Part shown: piece after piece, positions 18,094 through 27,802 of the stretch
Position numbering within the stretch: the stretch's first letter is position 1
How the letters are laid out: each line of letters opens with the position of its first letter
IMG/VR virus record: IMGVR_UViG_3300021197_001769
DNA: 64,000 nucleotides
DNA from: a virus
Reading direction: 5' to 3' (one strand)
Notes under the pieces: model-generated
Seen by the model: the letters and a program-made list of their open reading frames with translations, nothing else
The model's database searches: none
Told to the model about the DNA's origin: nothing
Program-made: the position numbers and the translations under genes

Positions 18094-18733
18094 TATTAAA
18101 CTTCCATATTCCAACTGTATGTTGGTTATTTTTTTCATGCGGGTACTCTTCGTGAGCAACTAAACCAAATTTATAGTCAGGTGGTACAGTAGCATATAAG
18201 TCACCTTGTACCAGTACCCACTTATATTTATTCTGTAGAGAAACTAAGAATTCCTCTCTATGCCTATGTGGCCAATGTTGTAGCACTTCTTTTACAATAA
18301 TTAAATTACCTCCAGGAAGATCGTTCCAATCAGTAAGTTTAATAAATTCTGCTCTAGGATTAGTACAATTAAGTTCAGCTCTTTCTAAAGCTGTATCACT
18401 TACATCATATCCTGTATATCTTATTTCATCAGGCCATTCAATGTCTTTATATAAAAAATAAGGACCACATCCAAAATCATGTACTGTAATAGGTTTATGT
18501 TTTCTTAAAGCTTTGAATAGATACCTGAACCATACCTTTGCGTTATCAGGAATAGAACCAGAACCAGCTCCTTGAGCTTTTCTCCATCTATTAGTTTTAT
18601 AGACGTCTTCAAAAATCTCTTCCATTTCTGGTTTTTCGTAATCAGTTTTATCTATACCTGTAGCTTTATGACTGTATTGCGCGTTCAATTTTTTCTCTCT
18701 CCATAGGTATAAGATACTTTTTAGCCCATTCAA
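18050..18733 (-). CDS. Class I SAM-dependent methyltransferase
   Basis: FEDVYKTNRW..GAGSGS, HDFGCG, YTGYDVS, KEVLQH. Confidence 0.8.
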   Translation of the reverse strand: MNGLKSILYLWREKKLNAQYSHKATGIDKTDYEKPEMEEIFEDVYKTNRWRKAQGAGSGSIPDNAKVWFRYLFKALRKHKPITVHDFGCGPYFLYKDIEWPDEIRYTGYDVSDTALERAELNCTNPRAEFIKLTDWNDLPGGNLIIVKEVLQHWPHRHREEFLVSLQNKYKWVLVQGDLYATVPPDYKFGLVAHEEYPHEKNNQHTVGIWKFNNDPEDRLPTSQRPK

Positions 18734-19313
18734 AAGCCATATCGTCTCTTTTAGTTATTTTATTTTGTCTAGATAATTGTGCAGTTTTATCTGAACTTAT
18801 CTTTTCTGCTTTATATACTATGTTTACCCTTCGTAGAACGTTGGCTGCCTTAGCTAACTCTACTGCGTAAGTATCTACATACCAATGTAAAAACATTGGA
18901 TGTGACATGTATCCTAATAGATCATACCATTGTCTAGTTACCATAAAGTGAGGAGCTCCTCCTTTACCTCTACCATCATCAGGTACAATAACACTTATAG
19001 GATACTTTTTTGCTTCTTCATAAACTATATCATCCCAGTTATTTGTTTGCATTATCTCTGCATCACCTGACATAAAAAGAATGTCACCTTTAGCTCTACT
19101 AGAAGCGATATTCCATCCATGGTTAGCATAAAACTCTAAGCCTATATGTAAATAATTTTTTGGAATTAACTTTCGATAATCCGCTAAACACGGGTCATTT
19201 TGATTTATATAAATTTGAAATTCAATATCACCCTTAGTAGTATCTTTAAATGATTCTACCATTCTTGCGCACTTCTCTGGTCTTCCTCTAGATGGAACAC
19301 ATATACTTATCAT
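18666..19313 (-). CDS. GT2-family glycosyltransferase
   Basis: ISICVPSRGRPE...AKGDILFMSGD...HWYVD. Confidence 0.8.
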   Translation of the reverse strand: MISICVPSRGRPEKCARMVESFKDTTKGDIEFQIYINQNDPCLADYRKLIPKNYLHIGLEFYANHGWNIASSRAKGDILFMSGDAEIMQTNNWDDIVYEEAKKYPISVIVPDDGRGKGGAPHFMVTRQWYDLLGYMSHPMFLHWYVDTYAVELAKAANVLRRVNIVYKAEKISSDKTAQLSRQNKITKRDDMAFEWAKKYLIPMEREKIERAIQS

Positions 19314-20323
19314 ATTCTTTTCTCAGTCCATGTCTTAGGAGTTTTATCGTTTATAATCTCTAATGGTAGATGATACTTAAAAGGTTTAGGATTTTTTCTA
19401 ATCCAATCTGCAGTCTTTTTAACTGCTTCTTTTACTGTAGTTGTTGTTTTATAATTTAACAATTTTCTAGCTTTATCAGAAGAGCATGTAGCATGTTTTA
19501 CTTCTTGAGGTCTACCTTGCGTGTAGTATATTGGCGCTCCATTGAAACCTGATTCATTCGAACAAAGAGCAGCAAGATCGTTGATGGTAATAGACTCCTC
19601 ATCAGGACCGATATTAATAGTTTCGTAAGTAATGTTTTCATTTGTACCTATTCTTTCTAGACATTGTATACAATCACCAACATAACTAAAACATCTGGTC
19701 TGAGTACCGTCTCCATATATTATAGCTGGTTTATTTTGTAAGTTTCTATTAAGCATTATTGACATAACATTACGAAAAGGATCATCATATTTTTGATGCT
19801 CTCCAACTATATTATGAGGAACAGCTATATTCCATTCTACTTGGTGTACTTTTCCAAGGACTTTAAGCACCTCTTCAGCCGCGACTTTTGCAATTCCATA
19901 AGGATCAACTGGCTGGGGTTGCATGTCTTCTGTGAACGGTGCTGTTTGGTTACCATATCTTGCCATGCTCGTACAAAAGACAATTCTTTTGACTCCAGCT
20001 GAGATTGCAGCTGAGAAACTTGTGACTGAAGCTTCAAAGATGTTTCTTGTGATGAAACTAGGAGAGAATACAGATAAGCCTTCATGAGCAGTAGCAGCAC
20101 AATGATAAAGAAGACTACAACCTTCCATTGCTTTTTCCATACCTTTGAAATCACAACAATCAACGAGGTGAAAATCGACGAATTCTGGAACATTATCTTC
20201 TTCTCCTCCTACAAATGTATCGTTGCCGGCAACATCGTATCCTAGCTCATACATTCTAACTGCTAAGTGATGACCTAAAAATCCACCTACTCCAGTTATA
20301 AAGACTTTAAGTTTTTGTGCCAA
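19310..20323 (-). CDS. NAD-dependent nucleotide-sugar epimerase/dehydratase
   Basis: TGVGGFLG Rossmann motif, TSMARYG, YGIAK (YxxxK), GDGTQTRCF. Confidence 0.92.
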   Translation of the reverse strand: MAQKLKVFITGVGGFLGHHLAVRMYELGYDVAGNDTFVGGEEDNVPEFVDFHLVDCCDFKGMEKAMEGCSLLYHCAATAHEGLSVFSPSFITRNIFEASVTSFSAAISAGVKRIVFCTSMARYGNQTAPFTEDMQPQPVDPYGIAKVAAEEVLKVLGKVHQVEWNIAVPHNIVGEHQKYDDPFRNVMSIMLNRNLQNKPAIIYGDGTQTRCFSYVGDCIQCLERIGTNENITYETINIGPDEESITINDLAALCSNESGFNGAPIYYTQGRPQEVKHATCSSDKARKLLNYKTTTTVKEAVKKTADWIRKNPKPFKYHLPLEIINDKTPKTWTEKRI

Positions 20324-20657
20324 TTGTTCGTCTAACTATATCATCATGGTTAAACTCAGCCCAATATAATTCAAAAGCTACTCCGTCTTCTAAACCTTCA
20401 AACTGATGGATCTTTCCAGGTTTAACCTGAGTAAAATCTCCTGGATTAAGAATAGTTTCATCTACTAAACCATCTTGTTCTCCATTTTGCCAAACTCTAA
20501 CTATCATTTGACCTGATTCAACGTAAAAACCGTTCCACTTAAACTGGTGTTCATGTTCACTACATTTGAATCCTTTTTTAAATTCTATTCTATGAAACTC
20601 AAGAACTCCATTTGCATGTATAAGTTCTGTTTGTCCCCATATTTTTCCTGCTTTCAT
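20307..20657 (-). CDS. Cupin-fold sugar isomerase-like protein
   Basis: KIWG, CSEHEH...NGFYVESG, PGKIHQF. Confidence 0.75.
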   Translation of the reverse strand: MKAGKIWGQTELIHANGVLEFHRIEFKKGFKCSEHEHQFKWNGFYVESGQMIVRVWQNGEQDGLVDETILNPGDFTQVKPGKIHQFEGLEDGVAFELYWAEFNHDDIVRRTIGTKT

Positions 20658-21184
20658 TATTCTGGCTCCCAATCTTCTCTTACAAAAATATAATCATGAC
20701 CTTGTAAGTGATCAATTTCTTTAAGTTCATAACCCCAACTTTCTAGTAACCATTGGGATTCATTATCTCCTTTATTAATTTCAACGCATATTACAGGATT
20801 GCATCGATCTATAGTTTTCTTAGCTCCTCTTAATACTTTAGGTTCCCACCCTTCTACATCAATTTTTATAAAGTCTACATCGTTATAGTTAAATTGATCT
20901 AAAGTTTTTACTCTAACTGCTCTATCGCCTTTTCCTTTAATCCTACCAGCTTTAAAATTAGTATAAGCTGTATAATCTGAATCTCCTAGTGCTATTGCAT
21001 AAGCAATTAAATTTTCTACTTTAAATTTTTTTTTAATCCTAAACTCAAAACCTATAACATCGTCAAAAGCCGGCATCATATATTTTGCAAAATCTCCACC
21101 TCTAAAACCTACGTCTATTCCTCTACGAAAATTTTGTATATATGGAGCGCATTGGTTCCAAGTACCTAAGTATACGTCCGCCAT
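20657..21184 (-). CDS. FkbM-family methyltransferase
   Basis: IDVG, FEF, TLD, DFIKIDVEGWE..VLRGA...PVICVE. Confidence 0.85.
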   Translation of the reverse strand: MADVYLGTWNQCAPYIQNFRRGIDVGFRGGDFAKYMMPAFDDVIGFEFRIKKKFKVENLIAYAIALGDSDYTAYTNFKAGRIKGKGDRAVRVKTLDQFNYNDVDFIKIDVEGWEPKVLRGAKKTIDRCNPVICVEINKGDNESQWLLESWGYELKEIDHLQGHDYIFVREDWEPE

Positions 21185-21963
21185 GCAGCTTCTCCTATTT
21201 CATTCATTTTATTAATTACATTTTTAAGATCTTTTACATCCAAAGCATTAGCACCATCAGAAGGAGCATTATCCGGATCATCGTGAACTTCTAAAAAGAA
21301 ATTTTCTACTCCCATTCCTGCAGCTGCGTTAGCTAATCTCGGAACGTAGTCACGGTTGCCACCAGATGATGTACCTTTTCCTCCAGGTTTTTGAACGCTG
21401 TGCGTAACATCAAAAACGAACAAACTAGGGTAGTTATCAATAATATATTGCATACCAGTGAAATCATTAACCAATGTATTATATCCAAAACTCGTACCTC
21501 TCTCAGTAATCCAGACATCTTTAGCTTTTTCGGTCTTAGAAAGAATTCCGCCTACATCCCAAGGAGCTAAAAACTGTCCTTTTTTAATATTTACTACTTT
21601 GTCGGTTTCACATGCTCTTTTTATGAGATCGGTTTGTCTACAAAGAAAAGCGGGAATTTGAATAACATCTATTTCATGCCCTTCTTTTTCAATATAATCT
21701 ATTTGACTAACTTCATGAACATCAGTTAAAAAACTAACATTAGGAAAACATAGTTTAAGCGCTGAAAAATCAATTAAAGTCTCTTCAATACCAATACCTC
21801 TTTTACTTGTAATAGAGGTTCTATTAGCTTTATCAAAACTAGCTTTAAAAATTAATCTTTTACATTTACCTTCAGTAGCGCGAACTATCTGTTCAAGTAA
21901 AAATTTCGAATGATCTAAAGATTCGTGTTGACATGGACCTATAATTAAATTATTTAGCATCAC
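21166..21963 (-). CDS. kdsA: KDO-8-phosphate synthase
   Basis: GPCQHES, FKASFDKANRTS, TDVHE, QIPAFLCRQTDL, KKGQFLAP, ERGTSFGY, DVTHSVQ, EVHDDPDNAPSDG. Confidence 0.96.
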   Translation of the reverse strand: MMLNNLIIGPCQHESLDHSKFLLEQIVRATEGKCKRLIFKASFDKANRTSITSKRGIGIEETLIDFSALKLCFPNVSFLTDVHEVSQIDYIEKEGHEIDVIQIPAFLCRQTDLIKRACETDKVVNIKKGQFLAPWDVGGILSKTEKAKDVWITERGTSFGYNTLVNDFTGMQYIIDNYPSLFVFDVTHSVQKPGGKGTSSGGNRDYVPRLANAAAGMGVENFFLEVHDDPDNAPSDGANALDVKDLKNVINKMNEIGEAAWRTYT

Positions 21964-22390
21964 TATCCCTTGAGACTAAACCAGCTTCATATAGCTTTTC
22001 TCTATTAGCTAAATGAATACCAGCTATTTCATCTTTGCTTTGACCATAATAAGGTGCAGCATAATTATTTTGAATAAGATAATCATTTATTGATGTAGTA
22101 TCTTTCTTATTATATAATCGTCCTACAATACGTCCGAATTTACCTACTGCATCATATTGATCAGTTCTTAAAATAAGAGTATCAGTTCTATCTAGATATT
22201 CTTGAACAACTTCAGAAGCTATTTTACCAAACTTCTTTTCAGTTTTGTCTCTAGTTCTACTTTCAGGAGTATCAACTCCATATAATCTTATTCTTTCTTT
22301 TCTTAACCATACACCAAAACCTAAATCAATATCTACGTCTACTGTATCACCGTCTACTACTCTTACTAATTCACATCTATATTCGTACAT
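21950..22390 (-). CDS. Thermonuclease (SNase-like)
   Basis: RVVDGDTVDV, RIRLYGVDTPES, GKFGRI. Confidence 0.9.
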   Translation of the reverse strand: MYEYRCELVRVVDGDTVDVDIDLGFGVWLRKERIRLYGVDTPESRTRDKTEKKFGKIASEVVQEYLDRTDTLILRTDQYDAVGKFGRIVGRLYNKKDTTSINDYLIQNNYAAPYYGQSKDEIAGIHLANREKLYEAGLVSRDSDAK

Positions 22391-23154
22391 TATCTTCTCT
22401 CTATGTCTTCTTCAGTTAATTGATCTCCAAACCAAACTTCTATAACTTTAGCTACCTTATTAGTCTTGTTATAGCCTTTATGCCAAGTAAGTCTCGGTAT
22501 ATCAAAAGATTGTTTAGGATGAAAAGTATCTTCCATCTTATCACCATTAGCATATTCAAAAGTCATTGTGACTTCACCTTCTACGATATGCCAATGCTCC
22601 GAGCGATGAGCATGCTTCTGATCAGATAAGCTTTTACCAGGTTCAATAGTTAATTCTTTAACTGCGAATCCTTTTTGTTCATCTAACACTCTATACCAAC
22701 CCCAAGGTCTTTTAATGATTGGTTTTTTCCAATCTTCTAATATTTTAGAACTAGCATTTAACTTAGTTCTTCCTCCTACTCCAAACTTAAATTCAACATC
22801 AAAATCTGAAATACTTGAAGCGTCCATTTCTGGTATATTAGTCTTTGTTCTATCTCCGCCGTTCATAAAAATTAATTGACCGTCTGGAAACATAGCAGCT
22901 GCTCTTACAATAAGATCTGATGCACTGTCATCTTCATCATTAAATGAAGTAGCATAGTTCACATCATGGAGAGCTTTCAATACTTTAACTCTCTCTACAA
23001 AAGGCATAAAAGGTCTAGTCTTTTTCCTACTTAACCATTCATCTGAATTAACTCCTACTAAGAGAAAATCACAATGTTGTTTCGCTGCTTTAATATAGGC
23101 AATATGACCTGAATGTATTGGGTCAAAACCACCTGAAATAATTCCTATTTTCAT
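22390..23154 (-). CDS. Fused HIGH-type cytidylyltransferase and mannose-6-P isomerase type II cupin
   Basis: SGGFDPIHSGH, VGVNSDEWL, NGGDR; then RPWGWY, LSDQKHAHRSEHW. Confidence 0.85.
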   Translation of the reverse strand: MKIGIISGGFDPIHSGHIAYIKAAKQHCDFLLVGVNSDEWLSRKKTRPFMPFVERVKVLKALHDVNYATSFNDEDDSASDLIVRAAAMFPDGQLIFMNGGDRTKTNIPEMDASSISDFDVEFKFGVGGRTKLNASSKILEDWKKPIIKRPWGWYRVLDEQKGFAVKELTIEPGKSLSDQKHAHRSEHWHIVEGEVTMTFEYANGDKMEDTFHPKQSFDIPRLTWHKGYNKTNKVAKVIEVWFGDQLTEEDIERR

Positions 23155-23792
23155 AAATTAAAATCCCTATCACTAGTTAGTGAAATTGTATTAATAGAAT
23201 CTAAAGTAGCACATCTTGGTTTTATACTTTGAATTCTGATTCCTGTTCGATCTGATATATGCATATCAGCTGCCGTAAAACCTTGATTAAAAGTTGCATC
23301 AATAAGTTTTTTAGCTGCATGAGGTTTAATAATATAAGCATGAGCTCCATTTAAGGTATTAAAACTTTTTCTCATAAACTTCTCATCAACTACTTTTAGT
23401 TTATCGTTTGGACCTTCTGGAGGCAAAACGTTTTTATATGGATCTAATTGCAATACATCGTCAAATTCTACATCTGGAATATCATTAATTAATCTTCCAT
23501 CATGCTCAAATATACAAGTAACTTCGTCGTTGTCAAAACAACTTTGCCATAAGCTAAAGTGCGACATAAAACAACCTCTTACTCCTGGTTTACTATTTTT
23601 AATATCAAATAGTTTAGGACCTGGGCTAAAAGGTTTAATACCTAAGCTTTCCATTTTTGCATCTGCTCTTTGAGGTGTATAACCATGGAATAGCCTTGCT
23701 TCTATATTGAAAATACTACACCCTACTTTAGCTTCTTCTGCAGACTTAACTGTATGAGGTACTTCAGGTAAATAAATTATATATGTTTTCAT
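23151..23792 (-). CDS. GT25 (LPS-type) glycosyltransferase
   Basis: GCFMSHFSLW, IFEHD, GAHAYII..AAKKL, AD. Confidence 0.8.
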   Translation of the reverse strand: MKTYIIYLPEVPHTVKSAEEAKVGCSIFNIEARLFHGYTPQRADAKMESLGIKPFSPGPKLFDIKNSKPGVRGCFMSHFSLWQSCFDNDEVTCIFEHDGRLINDIPDVEFDDVLQLDPYKNVLPPEGPNDKLKVVDEKFMRKSFNTLNGAHAYIIKPHAAKKLIDATFNQGFTAADMHISDRTGIRIQSIKPRCATLDSINTISLTSDRDFNL

Positions 23793-23804
23793 CTGTTATT
23801 CCAA

Positions 23805-24479
23805 TCATAATCCATACATTTCTCTCAATGTAGCTTGCCATTCTCTAGCATGAGGACAGTCTCTATATTTTTCGAACCAAGGTCCACCGTCAGTATAATG
23901 TATAAGTGAAGGAGGAGCATCATAGTAACCTGCTAAACTATTCCATTTACTATCTAACGAACCTACTTCTTCTCCATTACCTGCCCAATTCATTCTATGT
24001 AAGAACATAGGTGTCTCTTCATTAACTAAATCAGGAGTCAAGTTTTCACAAAGTTCATTATCAAATACCATAACTGACGACCAGTTTTTTCTAGGGTAGA
24101 TATGTTGCATCTGACCATCCATTTTCATAGCACTTCCTGGTGTGTAGTCATGTTGCACACACCATACAGGTTTTCTATCATCGTCAGTATTAATTTCTCT
24201 CATGATTTCCTGTACGTCTCCCATTGCTAATACATCACAATCACAGAACATACTATAACCTTCGTAACCTGATAAAAAAGGTACTAAGAATCTACTTATA
24301 GTAAACTCTGTAGATGCTTTTTTATCTCCAGCTCTCCAATAGCTTCCTTTATCCCTTAACTCATAAAGCTTTAACGGTTTAATATCTATATGAGAATTAT
24401 ATTTGAGCATAGAATATCTAGCTACTTGATAAGCTATATCTTCTCTACTATCCCAACCTATAAAAACTTTAAGATCCAT
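23805..24479 (-). CDS. GT-A glycosyltransferase (IGWDSRE family)
   Basis: FIGWDSREDIAY, STEFTISRFLVP, FCDCD, YPRKNWSS, HYTDGGPW. Confidence 0.85.
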   Translation of the reverse strand: MDLKVFIGWDSREDIAYQVARYSMLKYNSHIDIKPLKLYELRDKGSYWRAGDKKASTEFTISRFLVPFLSGYEGYSMFCDCDVLAMGDVQEIMREINTDDDRKPVWCVQHDYTPGSAMKMDGQMQHIYPRKNWSSVMVFDNELCENLTPDLVNEETPMFLHRMNWAGNGEEVGSLDSKWNSLAGYYDAPPSLIHYTDGGPWFEKYRDCPHAREWQATLREMYGL

Positions 24480-25257
24480 ATGCATTCTCCATACTAGTTT
24501 CCCAAGCAAAACCATTTCTAAATTCATCTTTATGAAAAGAATGATACATGCAGTTGTTTATAATTTTTTGTCTGTCTGGCTCTTCATTAAGTATATTTGT
24601 TTCTAAATCTTCCATTTTAAATGATGCAAAGAACGCAGGACAATACTTATAACTTATTGTGGGAACGCCTTTTATTATAGCATCAATTGCTAAGTTAGAA
24701 CCGAAACTAACAACACAATAAGCTTTTCTTAATTGGTCATCCCAAGAAGGAGCTTTCTTACCCTTAGCGGGTTTAGGTCTTACTATAAAATTTCTATCTG
24801 TATATGCATTCATTGTATGTATGAGTTGATTAACCCAATTTACTTCTTCAAAAGCATCCATATATGGTAACGATGGAGGAAGAATAAGAATGTTCTTTCC
24901 AGACCATCTATTCTCTCTCCAAGGTTGCAACACACTTAGCTCCGGTGGTGTTCTGTCATTAGGTCTATCTAATAATCTAGTAGGTGCAGTACCTTTAAAT
25001 GTAACTCTCTTCCAATAAGGACCATAACCATTATCCATATAAAACCAATTTTTATCTTGTCTTACAGACTCTCTACATACTGCTCCACAACCTCTTAATG
25101 TTCCAGTAACAAATAAATTATCCATATCATCTGGAAAAGCAGGTATCCAATCTTTTCTGTCTTCACACATTAAGTATTGAGTTCTATCTTGAGTAAGCAT
25201 ATTAAGCATTACTTGCTTAGACGTTTTAGGATCTAAATATGCATAATCTATCCCCAT
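24469..25257 (-). CDS. KpsC/KpsS (Capsule_synth)-like GT-B protein, paralog 4
   Basis: YMDNGY, ILILPPS, IVRPKP, VVSFGSNLAIDAIIKGVP, EFRNG. Confidence 0.65.
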   Translation of the reverse strand: MGIDYAYLDPKTSKQVMLNMLTQDRTQYLMCEDRKDWIPAFPDDMDNLFVTGTLRGCGAVCRESVRQDKNWFYMDNGYGPYWKRVTFKGTAPTRLLDRPNDRTPPELSVLQPWRENRWSGKNILILPPSLPYMDAFEEVNWVNQLIHTMNAYTDRNFIVRPKPAKGKKAPSWDDQLRKAYCVVSFGSNLAIDAIIKGVPTISYKYCPAFFASFKMEDLETNILNEEPDRQKIINNCMYHSFHKDEFRNGFAWETSMENAYGS

Positions 25258-26045
25258 ATTTGTACTCTTTCTTTAGAAAAACCTACGTCTTTTCTTCTTC
25301 CTTTAACATGATCCATATACTCACCTAATATACCTTTTACAAAAGGATGCATCTTTCTTACTTGAGTTTGATCTATTTTTACTTTAGCATTCTTAGCAGG
25401 TTGAGATAAGTCATATGCTTTACACGTGCTAGCTTCTCTCATTTCTCTCATTTCATGATCCCATATAATACTATCATGCCAACCTAAGTCATTATATTTT
25501 TCAAACATAAGTCCTTCATCATACATAGCTCTTATACGTTTAAAGTATTCTTTAGTTTCAGGTAATGTAGTATCCCAAATCATAAAACCACATTCAGCAT
25601 ACTTATAGCCTCTTTCTAATAAAGACATAAAGCATCCTTCTTTGACTAATGTTTGAAAGAACTCTAATGGAATAGTTTTAACAGGAACAACATCACCATC
25701 TATCCAACCAATATATCTAGCATCATCTTTTCTATTTTCATAGTGAGACAATACAGCATAAACTTTGTGGCTAAATCTTACATGCTCATATTCAAAACTT
25801 TTATATTGTTTATCAACAGGTTTTCTTCCTGCATATTTTTCTTTATATTCTTTATACCCAGTAACTTCTTTATCGAAATCTAAAATTTTTATCTTCTTAG
25901 GTTCTAAATCTACATTAGTTTCTTGCGCATAAGCATAATGATTTACACCCTCAGGAAGAGCTTGATCAAAATAATGAATATGATTTCTAGCGTACCTGTC
26001 ATAACCTGCTTGGTGAAACGTAGTACAAAAACTAAAAGTGGCCAA
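25248..26045 (-). CDS. GT-A glycosyltransferase (RFSHKVYA family); probable TTG start
   Basis: RFSHKVYA, WIDGD, ECGF, WHDS, DHVKGRRK. Confidence 0.75.
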   Translation of the reverse strand: MATFSFCTTFHQAGYDRYARNHIHYFDQALPEGVNHYAYAQETNVDLEPKKIKILDFDKEVTGYKEYKEKYAGRKPVDKQYKSFEYEHVRFSHKVYAVLSHYENRKDDARYIGWIDGDVVPVKTIPLEFFQTLVKEGCFMSLLERGYKYAECGFMIWDTTLPETKEYFKRIRAMYDEGLMFEKYNDLGWHDSIIWDHEMREMREASTCKAYDLSQPAKNAKVKIDQTQVRKMHPFVKGILGEYMDHVKGRRKDVGFSKERVQIWG

Positions 26046-26991
26046 GAGCTTTTCCTTTCTTAATATAATAATCCCATATACCAGCATCTTTCCATTCGTT
26101 AAGATGCCATGTAGTATATGCCCAGTTATACAACTGTTGCTGTCTTTTATCCCAGTTAACTTTATCAATAGATTCTAATAAAGTTAAATCTTGCTCACAA
26201 GCTTTGTAAGCAATACATCTCTCATCTAAAGCAAAGGTTGGGATACCTTCAACGATTGATTCAACAGCAGCAGAAGAGCTATGTGTAACAACAGCGAAAG
26301 AGCCACGGATACTATCCAAGACTTCTCTACGCGCTCTATCAGCATATTCAATCGTAACGTCTTTAAAACCTTCTGCGATTTTATTTGGACGTTCTCTATC
26401 AGGGTTCGGATGCGCTCTGAGTACAATAGGCCTATCTGTAATTTTTCTAATTTCTTCAACTTTATTCCTTGCATATTGCCAGAAAGGTATACTATCATTA
26501 TACTGCCATCCTTTTTCTGATTGAAGTAAAAATAGTATACTACCGTCTTTATTTGTTATAGGATCTTTTTCTGTAAAGTTAAATAATTTTTTGAATGTCT
26601 TATATCTTTGACCTGGCATATTTTCATTTAGAAAATCACCTGTACCACAACAGTCATTAAGACCCATTCTAAACATCCAAGTTTCGTTCTGTTTAATTTT
26701 ATTTCTGACATAGACAGAAAACAATCCAGTATCGAAATGAAAGGTAGGAATTTTAGCAAGCAATAATTTATCTTTGAAAATAGCTCTAGTTGTATCTCTT
26801 TTTCTATTCGTTACTGAACCGAACATGATACAAAAGTCTGCTTTATCCATTAGACCTAAAAATGGTTTTGCTTCGACTGTATGACCCATTTTAATAAGAC
26901 AGGTTTCTATCTCAGCAAATGTATTAAAGATTGGATTCTCGAATACTCGTTTTTGCTCTTTAATTGAGCAACCAGCTATTTGAATTCTCAT
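26032..26991 (-). CDS. KpsC/KpsS-like GT-B protein, paralog 3
   Basis: LFLLQ, IVLRAHP, VTHSSSAAVESIVEGIP, AYTTW. Confidence 0.7.
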   Translation of the reverse strand: MRIQIAGCSIKEQKRVFENPIFNTFAEIETCLIKMGHTVEAKPFLGLMDKADFCIMFGSVTNRKRDTTRAIFKDKLLLAKIPTFHFDTGLFSVYVRNKIKQNETWMFRMGLNDCCGTGDFLNENMPGQRYKTFKKLFNFTEKDPITNKDGSILFLLQSEKGWQYNDSIPFWQYARNKVEEIRKITDRPIVLRAHPNPDRERPNKIAEGFKDVTIEYADRARREVLDSIRGSFAVVTHSSSAAVESIVEGIPTFALDERCIAYKACEQDLTLLESIDKVNWDKRQQQLYNWAYTTWHLNEWKDAGIWDYYIKKGKALGHF

Positions 26992-27802
26992 AACATATAC
27001 CTTCGCGCATTTCTTTAATAGAGTATTGTTTATAGGCTAAATTATAAAACAATTCTTCTCTATCATAGTATTCTGGTTTATTTATCTTGGAAAAATCTCT
27101 ATTAGTACACCATGCAGATGGTGCACATCTATGAGTACTGAAAACTGGAACTCCTATTTTCAAAGCATCTATAGCTACAATACTACCACTCACAACAACA
27201 GCATGTGCATTAGCTAAATCTAAACTTATTTGATTTATACCTGCTGCTGCAGGTCCACTAGTACCATTACCTCTAGGTTTTTTTCTTACTTCAATTGGTC
27301 TATTAGTATAACACCTGAGTGCTTCAGTAACATCTTTAATCCATACATCTACACTCTTACCATGCATATATTGAGTCATAGTTTCACTAGAAGGACATAT
27401 TACAATTTTATCATGGTAGTCTACATACTCAAAAAATTCAATATCATGTCCCCATTTATCGAATCTATCTGAAGGTACGTTTAATTTTCTGTTATCATGA
27501 AGACCATTGAAGCACCATCTCCAATATGTGTTATCCCAATCTTCATTATTAGGATCATACCTTCCATGATAAGGCATATCACAAAAGATAAATCTATCTT
27601 TAATCATATATTGTGGGTTGTTAGCTATGAGACCCCATAGTACATACATGTCAGTATTATGAGCGTTTATCTTTGCTCCTGGATAACCTTCTTCTAGAGC
27701 TTGGTATATCCTTTCCATCTTTGGAGACGGTCTTGGTTGTATTAGAGATAGGGTCGGAGTCTGTTCCATGGTATCCCTTCTGAAATTTCTTGTGGCCACC
27801 AC
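26960..27802 (-). CDS. KpsC/KpsS-like GT-B protein, paralog 2 (start uncertain, possibly 27718)
   Basis: DMPY, VICPSS, IEVRKKP, SGSIVAIDALKIGVP, LAYKQYS..EMREG. Confidence 0.65.
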   Translation of the reverse strand: MVATRNFRRDTMEQTPTLSLIQPRPSPKMERIYQALEEGYPGAKINAHNTDMYVLWGLIANNPQYMIKDRFIFCDMPYHGRYDPNNEDWDNTYWRWCFNGLHDNRKLNVPSDRFDKWGHDIEFFEYVDYHDKIVICPSSETMTQYMHGKSVDVWIKDVTEALRCYTNRPIEVRKKPRGNGTSGPAAAGINQISLDLANAHAVVVSGSIVAIDALKIGVPVFSTHRCAPSAWCTNRDFSKINKPEYYDREELFYNLAYKQYSIKEMREGICYENSNSWLLN